Shown piece after piece: positions 13,814 through 26,672 of a stretch of DNA of 64,000 nucleotides (positions within the stretch are counted from its first letter, which is position 1; each line of letters begins with the position of its first letter). The notes under the pieces are model-generated. The model did not search any database, was not told the DNA's origin, and saw only the letters and a list, made by a program, of their open reading frames with translations. This DNA comes from an uncultured Gemmatimonadaceae bacterium (lineage in GTDB: Bacteria > Gemmatimonadota > Gemmatimonadetes > Gemmatimonadales > Gemmatimonadaceae): positions 224,001 through 288,000 of the forward strand of contig OY970320.1 in assembly GCA_963716745.1 (NCBI GenBank), written 5' to 3'. The position numbers and the translations under genes are program-made.

Positions 13814-14770
13814 ATGAACGTCATTTGCCCGGAGTGCGGTTCGATCTTTCGCGTGGACCCCGCCAAGATCCCATTGGGCGGAGTGCGCGCGCGGTGCTCC
13901 GTATGCGGCGGCGTGATCGCGATCGGCGATTCCGGTTCGAGTCTGGGCGGGAACGCCGCGGCTGCGATGAGCGGCTTCGGAGCGGGGATCCCGGCGCCGG
14001 CGCCGGTGCGTCCCGCGTTCGCGCCGTTGGCTGCCGCGCCCGCGCCGGCAGCACCACCCGCGGCGCCGCAGCCGCCGAGATTCTCCGGACCGGTGCGCGC
14101 TCCCGCGCCTGCCGCGCCGCCCGCGCGGCCACCGATCGAGACGCCGGCGTTCATCGCGCGCCCGCCGGCGCCGGCGGCGGCCATGCCGGCGATGCCGGCG
14201 ATGCCGACACAGGTACGTCCCGCTGCGCCGCGTCCGATGGCGCCGCCGCCGGTCGCGCCGCCACCAGTTGCTCCGGTCGCGCCCGCGGCTGCTCCGGCGG
14301 CTCCGCCGCCGTTCCGCATGAACGCGCCGGCTGCGGCGCCTCCTGCGCCCGCTGCCGCGGCGCCAATGGCGCCCATGGCGCCGATCGTCCCGGTCGCGCC
14401 AATGGCGCCGGTCGCCCCGCCGCCGGCGGCACCCGCGCCACCGCCTGCTCGCACCAGCGGCCCCGCGGCGCAGCGCGCGACGGCGGCCGTGAGCGGCGCG
14501 CGCGCGCCGATCAACCCGTTCCTCGCCAACGATCCCAACCAGAAGGCCAAGCGCCTCGCCCGTGCGCTCGTGTCGGACATCGTCGCGTACTTCCCCGAGA
14601 AGCACCAGGAAGGCGTGCGCAACGGCACCCTGCGCGAACTCTTCCGCGAGGAGATCAAGAAGAGCTACGAGGAGTACATGGATCAGATGGGCAAGGAATT
14701 CGCCGATTCAACCACGCATTTCCAAGACGCGCTGAACGACGTATTGGCGCAGGGCGCGAAAGTTTTTTGA
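13814..14770 (+). CDS. MJ0042-type zinc ribbon + Pro/Ala linker + RomX-like C-terminal domain
   Basis: N-terminal CPECGSIFRVDPAKIP..GVRARCSVC; about 190 aa of P/A low complexity; C-terminal KAKRLARALVSDI...F.DALND.L. Confidence 0.8.
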   Translation: MNVICPECGSIFRVDPAKIPLGGVRARCSVCGGVIAIGDSGSSLGGNAAAAMSGFGAGIPAPAPVRPAFAPLAAAPAPAAPPAAPQPPRFSGPVRAPAPAAPPARPPIETPAFIARPPAPAAAMPAMPAMPTQVRPAAPRPMAPPPVAPPPVAPVAPAAAPAAPPPFRMNAPAAAPPAPAAAAPMAPMAPIVPVAPMAPVAPPPAAPAPPPARTSGPAAQRATAAVSGARAPINPFLANDPNQKAKRLARALVSDIVAYFPEKHQEGVRNGTLRELFREEIKKSYEEYMDQMGKEFADSTTHFQDALNDVLAQGAKVF

Positions 14771-14888
14771 TTTCTGACGTCTCAGTCTAACGTCTAAGTC
14801 TGTAGTCATATTATACTTCGGCTGCACCACGAGCCGTCACGCCTTGGCTTGACGGCTCGCTCCTTTTCCAAGCACCTCATCGAGAGCC

Positions 14889-16005
14889 ATGGCCGAGACG
14901 GAACGCGCGCGGCGACTGCGAAAACATGAAGAGCGGCTCGCTGAGCTAAGGGGGTATCTTTGACCTGGACGCGAAGCGGCGCGCGCTTGGCGAGCTCGAA
15001 TCGCGCATGGCGTCCGACGGCTTCTGGAACGATCAGGAGCGCGCGCGCAGCGTGATCGCTGAGGCGAACGCGATCAAGGGATGGCTGGAGCCATACGACC
15101 GGCTGACGGCGCGCGTGAAGTCCGACATCGAGATGGATGAGCTGCTCACCGCCGAGCCCGATGCGGAAATGGCGGCGGAGCTGGAGCGTGACATCGAGTC
15201 GCTCGAGGTGGAGGTACCCGCGCTCGAATTGCGCGCCCTCATGCAGGGCCCCGACGATCATCGCGACGCGATGCTCGAGATCAGCGCCGGCGCCGGCGGC
15301 ACGGAGGCGCAGGACTGGGCCTCGATGCTCATGCGCATGTACACGCGCTGGGCCGAGCGGCGCGGATTCACAGTCGAGGTCCTCGACCTGAGCGAAGGCG
15401 AAGAGGCCGGGATCAAGGGCGCGATGCTCGAGATCCACGGCGCGAACGCGTTCGGCTTCCTGCGCGCGGAGGCGGGGGTGCACCGGCTGGTGCGCATCTC
15501 GCCCTTCGATTCGCAGTCGCGGCGGCACACGAGCTTCGCTTCAGTGTTCGTGTACCCGATGGTGGATGACGAGATCAACATCGAGCTGAGAGACGAGGAC
15601 ATTCGCATGGATGTCTTTCGCGCATCGGGCGCCGGCGGGCAGCACGTCAACAAGACGAGCTCGGCGGTGCGGCTCACGCACATCCCCAGCGGCATCGTGG
15701 TGAGCTGCCAGCAAGAGCGGTCGCAGTTCAAGAACAAGGCGACCGCGATGAAGATGCTGAAGAATCGCCTCTACCAGCGCGAGGTCGAAGTGCGCGAGAA
15801 GAAGCGCGCCGAGCTGAACGACACGAAGATGGATGTGTCGTTCGGCAGCCAGATCCGCAGCTACGTCTTCCAGCCGTACACGATGGTGAACGATCACCGC
15901 ACGGAGCTGAAGATCACGGACGTCCAGAAGGTGATGGACGGCGCGATCGATCCGTTCATCGAGGCCTATCTGAAGCAGGGCGGCGCGAACCCGGTGACCA
16001 AGTGA
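14889..16005 (+). CDS. prfB: Peptide chain release factor 2 with programmed +1 frameshift
   Basis: ATG 14889; AGGGGG-TAT-CTT-TGA-C at 14949-14964; SPF and GGQ motifs. Confidence 0.97.
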
Positions 16006-17501
16006 GCGCCGACGATCTCAACTTCGTGATGAAGGCGCGGCGCGAGAAGCTCGATCAGCTCGCGGCGCGGGGGATCGCGCCGTTCGCGTACCGCTTCGAG
16101 CGCTCGCACGCCGCCGCGGAGGCGGTGGCCGCCGGCGCGTCGCTCGCCGAGGGCGCGGAGGGGGCGCACGTGAGAGTGGCAGGGCGCATCATGGCGTGGC
16201 GCGGCCATGGGAAGACCTCGTTCGCGCACATCGCCGATCCGAGCGGGCGCGTGCAGTTGTACTTCCGCAAGGACGCGCTGGGCGATGACGCGTGGGCGCT
16301 CGTCGAGGCGCTGGACATTGGCGACATCATCGGCGTCGAGGGGCCGCTCTTCCGCACGCGCACCGGCGAGGTGACCGCGCGCGTCACGGCGCTCACGCTG
16401 CTCGCGAAATCGCTGCGTCCGCTGCCGATCGGCAAGGAAGAGATGGTGGACGGTCAACTCGTGCGGCACGCGGGGTTCGCCGATCCCGAGCAGCGCTACC
16501 GTCAGCGCTACGCCGATCTCGCGGTGCATCCCGAGGTGCGCGCGCTGTTCGTGGCGCGGTCGCGCATGGTGAGTGCGATCCGCGCGTTCCTGGACGGGCG
16601 CGGTTTCCTCGAGGTGGAGACGCCGGTGCTGCAGCCGCTCTATGGCGGCGCCGCGGCGCGGCCGTTCGTCACGCAGCACAACGCGCTCGACACCACGCTG
16701 TACCTGCGCATCGCGGACGAACTGTACCTCAAGCGGCTCATCGTGGGCGGATTCGACGCGGTGTACGAGATCGGCCACGACTTCCGCAACGAGGGGATCG
16801 ATCGCACGCACAATCCCGAGTTCACGATGCTCGAGTGGTACGAGGCCTACGCCGACTACGGCGACACGATGTCGCTCGTGGAGCGGCTGATCGTTTCCGC
16901 GGCCAATGCCATTCGCGCGCTGCCCGGCATGGCCGAGAGAGTGCCGGCGCTCGCGCCGCCGTTCGCGCGCATCCAGTGGGTGCCGACGCTCAACGCCGCG
17001 CTCGGCGCCGATGCGCTCGCGATGAGCGATGCCGACCTCAAGAAGGCGGGGGAGCGCGTGGGCGTGCACAACGTGGCCACGCTCAGCCGGCCCAAGCTGC
17101 TCGACGAGATCTTCCAGGCGCTCGTGGAGAGCAGGCTGGAGGCGCCGACGTTCGTGCTCGATTATCCGATGGAACTCTCGCCGCTCGCGAAGCCGAAGCG
17201 CGGCGATCCGAAGCTCGCGGAACGGTTCGAGCTGTTCGCGCGCGGGCGGGAGTTGGCGAATGCGTTCAGCGAACTGAACGATCCGATCGACCAGCGCCGC
17301 CGCCTCGAGGCGCAGGCCAAGCTGCGCGCGGCGGGCGATCTCGAGGCCGTGGGCGTGGACGAGGACTATCTGCGCGCGATGGAATACGGCATGCCGCCGG
17401 CCGGCGGGTGCGGCATCGGCATCGACCGTCTGTTCATGTATCTCACCGATACGCCGAGCATCCGCGACGTGATCCTCTTCCCGACGCTGCGCCCGGAATG
17501 A
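16002..17501 (+). CDS. lysS: Lysine--tRNA ligase (class II)
   Basis: [40 protein letters not shown]. Confidence 0.97.
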   Translation: MSADDLNFVMKARREKLDQLAARGIAPFAYRFERSHAAAEAVAAGASLAEGAEGAHVRVAGRIMAWRGHGKTSFAHIADPSGRVQLYFRKDALGDDAWALVEALDIGDIIGVEGPLFRTRTGEVTARVTALTLLAKSLRPLPIGKEEMVDGQLVRHAGFADPEQRYRQRYADLAVHPEVRALFVARSRMVSAIRAFLDGRGFLEVETPVLQPLYGGAAARPFVTQHNALDTTLYLRIADELYLKRLIVGGFDAVYEIGHDFRNEGIDRTHNPEFTMLEWYEAYADYGDTMSLVERLIVSAANAIRALPGMAERVPALAPPFARIQWVPTLNAALGADALAMSDADLKKAGERVGVHNVATLSRPKLLDEIFQALVESRLEAPTFVLDYPMELSPLAKPKRGDPKLAERFELFARGRELANAFSELNDPIDQRRRLEAQAKLRAAGDLEAVGVDEDYLRAMEYGMPPAGGCGIGIDRLFMYLTDTPSIRDVILFPTLRPE

Positions 17502-18743
17502 CGCGGCTCGAGCTGGCCATCGCGTGGCGCTATCTGCGGAGCAGGGGAACGTCCCGGCTCTTCTCGTTCATCAGCGTGATCGCGATCGGGGGCGTCGTGG
17601 TGGGCGTCGCGGCGCTCATCGTGATCAACGGCGTGATGACGGGCATGCAGGGCGAGTTGCGCGAGAAGATCCTGGTGGGCAGCCCGGACCTGCGCGTGCT
17701 GAGCTTTGGGGAGAATCTGCGGCTCGAGCACTGGGAGGGCGCGCTCGACACCGTGCGCGCGCAGCCCGGCGTCGTGGCGGCGGCGCCGTTCGTGCTCACG
17801 CAGGGATTGGCCACGAGCGGGCACGACTATTTCGAAGGCGTGTTCGTCGCGGGGATCGAGCCCGAGCTGCGGGTGCTGCAACCGGTCACCGACATCAGGA
17901 AGTACGCGGTGCAGGGCGATTTCCATTTCGCGAGCTCCGACGGCAAGACGCGCGGTGCGGTGATCGGGCGCCGGCTCGCGGAACGGCTGAACACGTACCC
18001 GGGCGACACGATCACGCTCATCACGGCGTCGGCGAAGTTCAACGCGGCGGTAGGCGGCATCGTTCCGCGGCTCTTCCGATTCGAAGTGACGGGCGTCTTC
18101 CGCACGGGCATGTACGAGTACGACAATGCCTACGTCTACCTGCCGCTGGATGTGGCGCAGGAGTTCGGCGGTCTCGGCGGCGCGGTGACGGGCATCGAAG
18201 TGAAGGCCGCCGACCGGTGGCAGGCGCCGGTGCTCGCGGCCAAGCTGCAGGATCGGCTCGGCTATCCGTATCGCGTGCAGGATTGGCAGGAGCAGAACCT
18301 GCAGCTCTTCCAGGCGCTCAAGCTCGAGAAGCTCGGCATGTTCGTGATCCTGCTCCTGATCGTGCTGGTGGCGGCGTTCAACATCGTGAGCACGCTCGCG
18401 ATGGTGGTGAAGGACAAGACGCGCGAGATCGGCATCCTCAAGGCGATGGGGATGCGCGCGCGGAGCGTGCGCCGACTGTTCGTGATCCAGGGCGTGGTGA
18501 TCGGCGCCGTCGGCACGCTGATCGGCGCGACGCTCGGGATCGCGATCGGTTCGCGGTGGACCGGTTCAAGCTCATCAGCTGGACCCGCAGGTATATTTCA
18601 TTGACCACCTGCCGGTCCGGATCGAAGCGCTGGACGTGGGCATGATCGTGCTGGCGAGTGTGGCGATCGCCGTGCTCGCGACGCTCTATCCGTCGGCGCA
18701 GGCGGCGCGGCTCTTTCCGGTCGAGGCCATTCGGCACGAATGA
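17498..18743 (+). CDS. lolC: Lipoprotein-releasing ABC permease LolC/E; apparent frameshifts near 18550 and 18580
   Basis: [37 protein letters not shown]-terminal [15 protein letters not shown]. Confidence 0.88.
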
Positions 18744-19442
18744 ACGCGATCGAAGCGCGGGATCTCAGCAAGTCCTTCGTGGGCGGCGACGGCGGGCGCG
18801 TGGATGTGCTCGACGGCGTCTCACTCGACGTGCGCACCGGCGAGCTCGTCGCGATCATGGGCGCGAGCGGCGCGGGGAAGAGCACGCTGCTGCATCTCCT
18901 CGGCGCGCTGGATCGTCCTACCAGCGGCACCGTGTCGCTCGCGGGCGAGGCGGTGGCCGGCCTCAACGACGAAGCGCTCGCCGAGATGCGCAACCGGCGC
19001 GTGGGCTTCGTATTCCAGTTCCATCACCTGCTGCGCGAGTTCTCCGCGTTGGAGAACGTGATGATGCCGATGCTGCATCGCCGGATGGGATACGCCGAAG
19101 GCGCGCGTGCGGGCGAAGGAGCTGCTCGACCGCGTCGGCCTGGCATCACGCATGAGCCACCGGCCAGGGGAACTCTCGGGCGGCGAGCAGCAGCGCACCG
19201 CGGTCGCGCGCGCGCTCGTGATGGATCCGGCCGTCGTGCTCGCCGACGAACCGAGTGGCAACCTCGATCATGCGAACGCCGAGCGTCTGCACGATGAGTT
19301 CACGCGCGTGGTGCGCGATCTCGAGCTGGCGATGGTCGTGGTGACGCACAATCCCGCGCTGGCGGCGCGCGCGGACCGTGTGCTCCTGCTCGAGGACGGC
19401 AGGCTGCGCGACGTTCCCGCGCGCCGCGAGGTGATGGCCTGA
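18740..19442 (+). CDS. lolD: Lipoprotein-releasing ABC ATPase LolD; apparent frameshift near 19100
   Basis: [36 protein letters not shown]. Confidence 0.9.
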
Positions 19443-19930
19443 TGTTGTGCGACAATTGCCGTGAGCGCGATGCGGTGATCCAGGTGACGCAGGTGACCGA
19501 GCCGCCCGTGAAGCAGCTCAACCTGTGCGAGAAGTGCGCGGCCGAGCGCGGCATCGAGACGCAGCTGTCGCCGCCCAAGCAGCCGCTGACGGATTTCATC
19601 CTCGCCGTGCAGCAGAAGAGCCTGCCGGCGGGCGAAGGGGATGGGGTGCGGTGTTCGTTCTGTCAGGCCTCGCTCCGCGACTTCAAGAACACCGGCCGGC
19701 TCGGCTGCGCGTACTGCTACGGCACGTTCGAGACGAATCTGCGCGACCTGCTGCGCCGCGTCCACGGGAATTCCAAGCACCAGGGGAAGAACTATTCTCC
19801 GCCGCAGGGAGCGCCGGAGGAGGGGGGCAGCGTGCTCTCCGAGCTGCGCGACCGCCTCAAACGCGCGATCGATCAGGAGCAGTTCGAGGAAGCGGCGAAG
19901 CTGCGCGACCAGATCAAGGTGATCGAATGA
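19442..19930 (+). CDS. mcsA: McsA (four CxxC motifs + UVR domain)
   Basis: CDNC, CEKC, CSFC, GCAYCY; C-terminal EQFEEAAKLRDQI. Confidence 0.9.
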   Translation: MLCDNCRERDAVIQVTQVTEPPVKQLNLCEKCAAERGIETQLSPPKQPLTDFILAVQQKSLPAGEGDGVRCSFCQASLRDFKNTGRLGCAYCYGTFETNLRDLLRRVHGNSKHQGKNYSPPQGAPEEGGSVLSELRDRLKRAIDQEQFEEAAKLRDQIKVIE

Positions 19931-21012
19931 CCCTCGACCTGTCGCTCCTGCCCGATGGCGGCGTGAATTGGCTCGACGCGAGTGGCGAGCACGCGGGCAC
20001 GGTGCTGTCCACGCGCATCCGGCTCGCACGCAATCTGGAGGGGTTCGCTTTCCCCGGTCGCGCGCGCGAGGGCGAACGCCTGCGCATCCTCACGAGAGTG
20101 AAAGAGGCGGTGTCCGACACGCCGGCGATGGCGAACAGCCTGCTCGTGCGCGTGGACGAACTCGCGGGCGACGACCGGCTGCTCCTGCACGAACGGCACC
20201 TGGTGAGCCGCGAACTGGCCGGGCTCGACCCGCAGCACCCCGTGCGGAGCGGCGCGGCGGTTTTCCTCGGGGACGGCTCGAGCGTCATGGTGAATGAGGA
20301 GGATCATCTCCGGCTGCAGGCGCTCCGCTCCGGGTTCGACCTGGCGGGTGCGTACGCGTCGATCCAGCGGCTGGACGACGAGTTGGGCGCGCGCGTGCCG
20401 TACGCGTTCCACCGGGAGTTCGGCTTCCTCACGTCGTGCCCCACGAACACCGGCACGGGGATGCGTGCCTCGGTGCTCATGCATCTGCCGGGGCTCGTGC
20501 TCACGAAGGAGATCGCGAAGACGCTCACGGGACTGCAGGCGATCGGCCTGACGTACCGCGGGCTGTACGGGGAGGGGAGCGAGGTCGTCGGGAATTTCTT
20601 CCAGATCTCTAATCAGACGACGCTCGGCCGTTCCGAGGATGAGATCATCGAGCAGTTGATGCACATCCTGCAGACCGTCGTCGCGCGGGAAGAAGAGGCA
20701 AGACGTGTATTGTTGCGTGACGCCGGTTATATTATAGAAGACAAGCTTTGGCGGGCGTACGGGACGCTGCGATATGCGCGGAGTCTCTCGTTCGAAGAAG
20801 CGATGAACTACTTGAGTGGCGTGCGCTTGGCTGTCGGTCTGAAACTGGTCCCTGGCCTGAGTGTATATACCCTCAACAAGCTCCTGATCTTTTCGCAGTC
20901 GGCACATCTGTCGCAACGGGAGGGACGGACGCTCACCGAGAGCGAGGCGAACATCGCACGCGCGCGGTACGTCCGACAGACTCTGGCCGACGAAGCGGTG
21001 ACAAAGGGCTGA
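19927..21012 (+). CDS. mcsB: Protein arginine kinase McsB
   Basis: STRIRLARN, NEEDHLR, TSCPTNTGTGMRAS, QISNQTTLG. Confidence 0.93.
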   Translation: MTLDLSLLPDGGVNWLDASGEHAGTVLSTRIRLARNLEGFAFPGRAREGERLRILTRVKEAVSDTPAMANSLLVRVDELAGDDRLLLHERHLVSRELAGLDPQHPVRSGAAVFLGDGSSVMVNEEDHLRLQALRSGFDLAGAYASIQRLDDELGARVPYAFHREFGFLTSCPTNTGTGMRASVLMHLPGLVLTKEIAKTLTGLQAIGLTYRGLYGEGSEVVGNFFQISNQTTLGRSEDEIIEQLMHILQTVVAREEEARRVLLRDAGYIIEDKLWRAYGTLRYARSLSFEEAMNYLSGVRLAVGLKLVPGLSVYTLNKLLIFSQSAHLSQREGRTLTESEANIARARYVRQTLADEAVTKG

Positions 21013-21045
21013 CCCATTCTCCGGGTGCCCGTCATTGAGGGACCT

Positions 21046-23530
<2,485 letters not shown>

Positions 23531-23547
23531 TACTTCGCCCTTTGACG

Positions 23548-23593
23548 GCGGAGCGGCCGAGTGACCCCTTGGAGGGCCATTCGGCCGTTTCGC
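23548..23593 (+). terminator. Long hairpin after clpC (terminator or processing site)
   Basis: GCGGAGCGGCCGAGTGACCC / GGGCCATTCGGCCGTTTCGC imperfect stem. Confidence 0.5.
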
Positions 23594-23608
23594 GTGTATC
23601 TTTAGAGA

Positions 23609-26008
23609 ATGTCTCGCGTTTATTCCGTTCCAATAGCACTGCTCGCCGTTCTCGGGCCGCTCGTCGCCCACGCGCAAGCGGCCCAAGTGCCATGTGCCAT
23701 CCCCGATTCGGTCGCGTTCTCGGGCAATATCCGGGTCTCGCGCAGCATTATCGTCGCGGATGCCGGCGTGAAGCCGGGTGACACGCTCAACTATCGCGTG
23801 GTCCAGCGCGCGATCAAGAACCTGTATGCCACCGGCCAGTTCGATGACGTGCAAGTGCACTGCGACATCAATCCGGTGACGAACCGGACGACGCTCGTCG
23901 TGCACGTGGTGGAGCGCCCGCTGCTCGCCGGCGTCACCGTGAACGGCGCGACGGTGTTCGCGAAGGGGAGCATGCGCGACAAGATCGAGGTGCCGGTGGG
24001 CCGCCCGGTGGACCCGGCGCTCGTCGCGCTCGCGATCTCACGGATCGACTCGGCGTATCGCGAGAAGGGCTACTACCTGGCCACCGTGAAGGTGGACTCG
24101 TCGATCACCGACGGACGGTTGAAGCTCACGTTCAACATCCACGAGGGCCATCGCCTCGCCATCGCGGGCATCGAGTTCGTCGGCAACAAGAAGATTCACA
24201 CGTCCACGATCATGGCCTCGTTCGACACCCAGAAGGAAGGATTCTTCTTCTGGCAGAGCGGCGAGCTCGATGAGGACAAGCTGGCCACCGACATCGGCGT
24301 GCACCTCGCCAAGCTCTACAACGACCGAGGCTACATCGATTTCGAGGTGCTGAGCGACACCGTGATCGTGGACCCGGTTTCCGGCAAGGGGATCATCCGC
24401 ATCACACTGCACGAGGGCCCCAAGTACGTGGTGGGGAACTTCGAGATCATCGGGAATCGCCATTTCTCCACCGAGGAGCTGATGGCGTACTACCCGTTCA
24501 CCGGCCAGGGTCCGTCGCTCACCGCGCGCGTGCTCAGCGTCGTGAAGGGCGAACTCCCCGACCCGCACGCGTTCAATCTCGGGTCGTGGAATGACGCCAC
24601 CGATCGCGTCCGATCGCTGTACAGCAACGAAGGGTACATCTACGCGCAGATCCGCGGCGTCATCGACCGCGTCACGAAGAGCGACTCGCTCCACGTCGTG
24701 AACCTGCGCTGGGAGATCGACGAGAAGATCCCCGCCACGATCAATCGCATCGACATCGCGGGCAACGACTACACGAATGAAGGGTGCATCCGCGAGCAGC
24801 TCGTGATCCTGCCGGGCGACGTCTTCAACCAGGACCGCCTGCTGCGCAGCTACCAGAACATCCAGAACATGGGCTTCTTCGAGTCGCCGCTGCCGCCGCC
24901 CGACACGCGTCCGGCGAACGAGCAGGGCGACGTGGACATCATCTTCCACGTGAAGGAGAAGAAGACGGGCACCATCAATTTCGGCGCGTCGGTGGGACAG
25001 GGCACGGGCGTCGGCGGATTCATCGGACTCGACCAGCCGAACCTGTTCGGCTCCTGCAAGAAGGGCACGCTCCAGTGGCAGTTCGGGCGTTACAACAACG
25101 ACTTCCAGCTCACGTACACCGATCCATCGTTCCAGCATACGCGCATCTCGGCGTCGGTCGCCGCTTACCACACGCGCACGCAGTACATCGTGGCCGACCT
25201 CGGCAACAGCGTGCGGACCGGTGGGTCGTTCCAGCTGGGTTTCCCGGTGGCGAACTCGCCGTTCACGCGGTTCTTCCTGTCTTACGGCGCCGAAGCCGTG
25301 CAGTTCACGGGCGGCGTGGCTACGCGCGACACCGCGATTAATCAGAATGTGAACTTCCGGTCGACCCTGGGCTTCACGCTCACGCACGACAATCGTGTGG
25401 ACATGCCGTTCCCGTCGGGCGGCTCGATGCGGACCATCTCGCTCCAACTGAACGGCGGTCCACTCGGCGGCACCGCCGACTTCCAGCGGATCACGGCGCA
25501 GGTGAGCAGCTACAATACCCTCGCGACGATCGGCGGCGGCACGCCGACGTCCCAGCCGATGAAGGTGGTGCTCGGACTCACTGGACGTAGCGGCTTCGTG
25601 TTCGGGAACACCGGATCGTTCTTCTATTCGCAGCTCTTCACGATGGGCGGCACACAGTATGGCGAGATGCTGCGCGGTTATCCGTCCTTCTCGATCACGC
25701 CGCACGGCTATGCGCCGAACAGCGCGCAGACGGCTCAGATCCAGTCGTTCGGCAATGCGTTCTTCTCGATGACGGCGGAACTCGGCATGCGCTGGAGCTC
25801 GATGGTGTACAGCGATGTCTTCTTCGATGCCGGTAACGTGTACGCCAACGCCCGCGATTTCGATCCGACGCGCTTGTTCCGCGGCGCGGGCGTCGGCATT
25901 TCGATCGTCACGCCGCTCGGACCGCTCGGGCTGGACTACGGGTACGGCTTCGACCGGGTACCACCACAGTGGCAATTGCACTTCCGGCTCGGCAATATCA
26001 TCCAATAA
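23609..26008 (+). CDS. bamA: Outer membrane protein assembly factor BamA
   Basis: Signal peptide, POTRA-like repeats, LRGY loop motif, TPLGPLGLDYGYG; upstream of skp-lpxD. Confidence 0.92.
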   Translation: MSRVYSVPIALLAVLGPLVAHAQAAQVPCAIPDSVAFSGNIRVSRSIIVADAGVKPGDTLNYRVVQRAIKNLYATGQFDDVQVHCDINPVTNRTTLVVHVVERPLLAGVTVNGATVFAKGSMRDKIEVPVGRPVDPALVALAISRIDSAYREKGYYLATVKVDSSITDGRLKLTFNIHEGHRLAIAGIEFVGNKKIHTSTIMASFDTQKEGFFFWQSGELDEDKLATDIGVHLAKLYNDRGYIDFEVLSDTVIVDPVSGKGIIRITLHEGPKYVVGNFEIIGNRHFSTEELMAYYPFTGQGPSLTARVLSVVKGELPDPHAFNLGSWNDATDRVRSLYSNEGYIYAQIRGVIDRVTKSDSLHVVNLRWEIDEKIPATINRIDIAGNDYTNEGCIREQLVILPGDVFNQDRLLRSYQNIQNMGFFESPLPPPDTRPANEQGDVDIIFHVKEKKTGTINFGASVGQGTGVGGFIGLDQPNLFGSCKKGTLQWQFGRYNNDFQLTYTDPSFQHTRISASVAAYHTRTQYIVADLGNSVRTGGSFQLGFPVANSPFTRFFLSYGAEAVQFTGGVATRDTAINQNVNFRSTLGFTLTHDNRVDMPFPSGGSMRTISLQLNGGPLGGTADFQRITAQVSSYNTLATIGGGTPTSQPMKVVLGLTGRSGFVFGNTGSFFYSQLFTMGGTQYGEMLRGYPSFSITPHGYAPNSAQTAQIQSFGNAFFSMTAELGMRWSSMVYSDVFFDAGNVYANARDFDPTRLFRGAGVGISIVTPLGPLGLDYGYGFDRVPPQWQLHFRLGNIIQ

Positions 26009-26024
26009 CCTTTCGGGGATCGTC

Positions 26025-26672
26025 ATGACCATTCTCTATCGGACCGCAGTCGGCGTCTCGGCGCTCGCGCTGCTCATCGTGGCCGGCGCGGGCGCGCAGT
26101 CGGCGACGAAGATCGGCTACGTCAATTCACAGCGCATCCTGCCCGTGGCGCCCGGCTTCGCCGACGCGCAACAGGCGATCGACATGGAGACCGAGGGCGT
26201 GAAGGCGACGGAGCAGAAGATGAGCGACTCGCTCAGCGCCATGGTGCAGGACTACACCAAGGTGCAGGCGACGCTCACGCCGGCGCAGCGCACGCAGCGC
26301 GAGGCGGCGCTCAAGGCCAAGCAGCAGGAGTACCAGCAGCGCGCGCAGCAGATGGAAGCCAAGGTGACGCAGCGGCAGGCGCAGCTCGTGCAGCCGATCA
26401 TGGACCAGATCCGTAGCGTGATCGACGGCCTGCGCGCCGAGGGCGGCTACGCGGTGATCCTCGACGCGGGGAGCCAGAGCGGCGTCGTGGTGTCGGTGGA
26501 TACGACGCTCGACCTCACGGACAAGGTGATCGCGCGCCTGGCGGCGCTCGGTCCGGCGAAGCCCTCCACCGCCACCAAGCCGGGTGCCGTGAAGCCGGGG
26601 GCGCCGACGCCTGCGGCGACGACCAAGCCGACGGGCATCAGCCGGCCGCCAACACCACCGCGAGGCCGTTGA
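26025..26672 (+). CDS. skp: Periplasmic chaperone Skp/OmpH
   Basis: KIGYVN, coiled coil, GYAVILD, DLTDKVI; Pro/Thr/Lys-rich tail. Confidence 0.9.
   Translation: MTILYRTAVGVSALALLIVAGAGAQSATKIGYVNSQRILPVAPGFADAQQAIDMETEGVKATEQKMSDSLSAMVQDYTKVQATLTPAQRTQREAALKAKQQEYQQRAQQMEAKVTQRQAQLVQPIMDQIRSVIDGLRAEGGYAVILDAGSQSGVVVSVDTTLDLTDKVIARLAALGPAKPSTATKPGAVKPGAPTPAATTKPTGISRPPTPPRGR

Noticed and set aside
13980..14500. GC-rich repetitive DNA resembling a tandem array or CRISPR
   Set aside because: It encodes the Pro/Ala linker; there is no repeat-spacer periodicity and no cas genes.
16292..18604. Long N-terminal extensions on lolC (also uvrC 37425, mcsB 19525, lpxC 27460)
   Set aside because: ORF-caller upstream starts in off-frames of the preceding genes; true starts are at overlap junctions or after -10 boxes.
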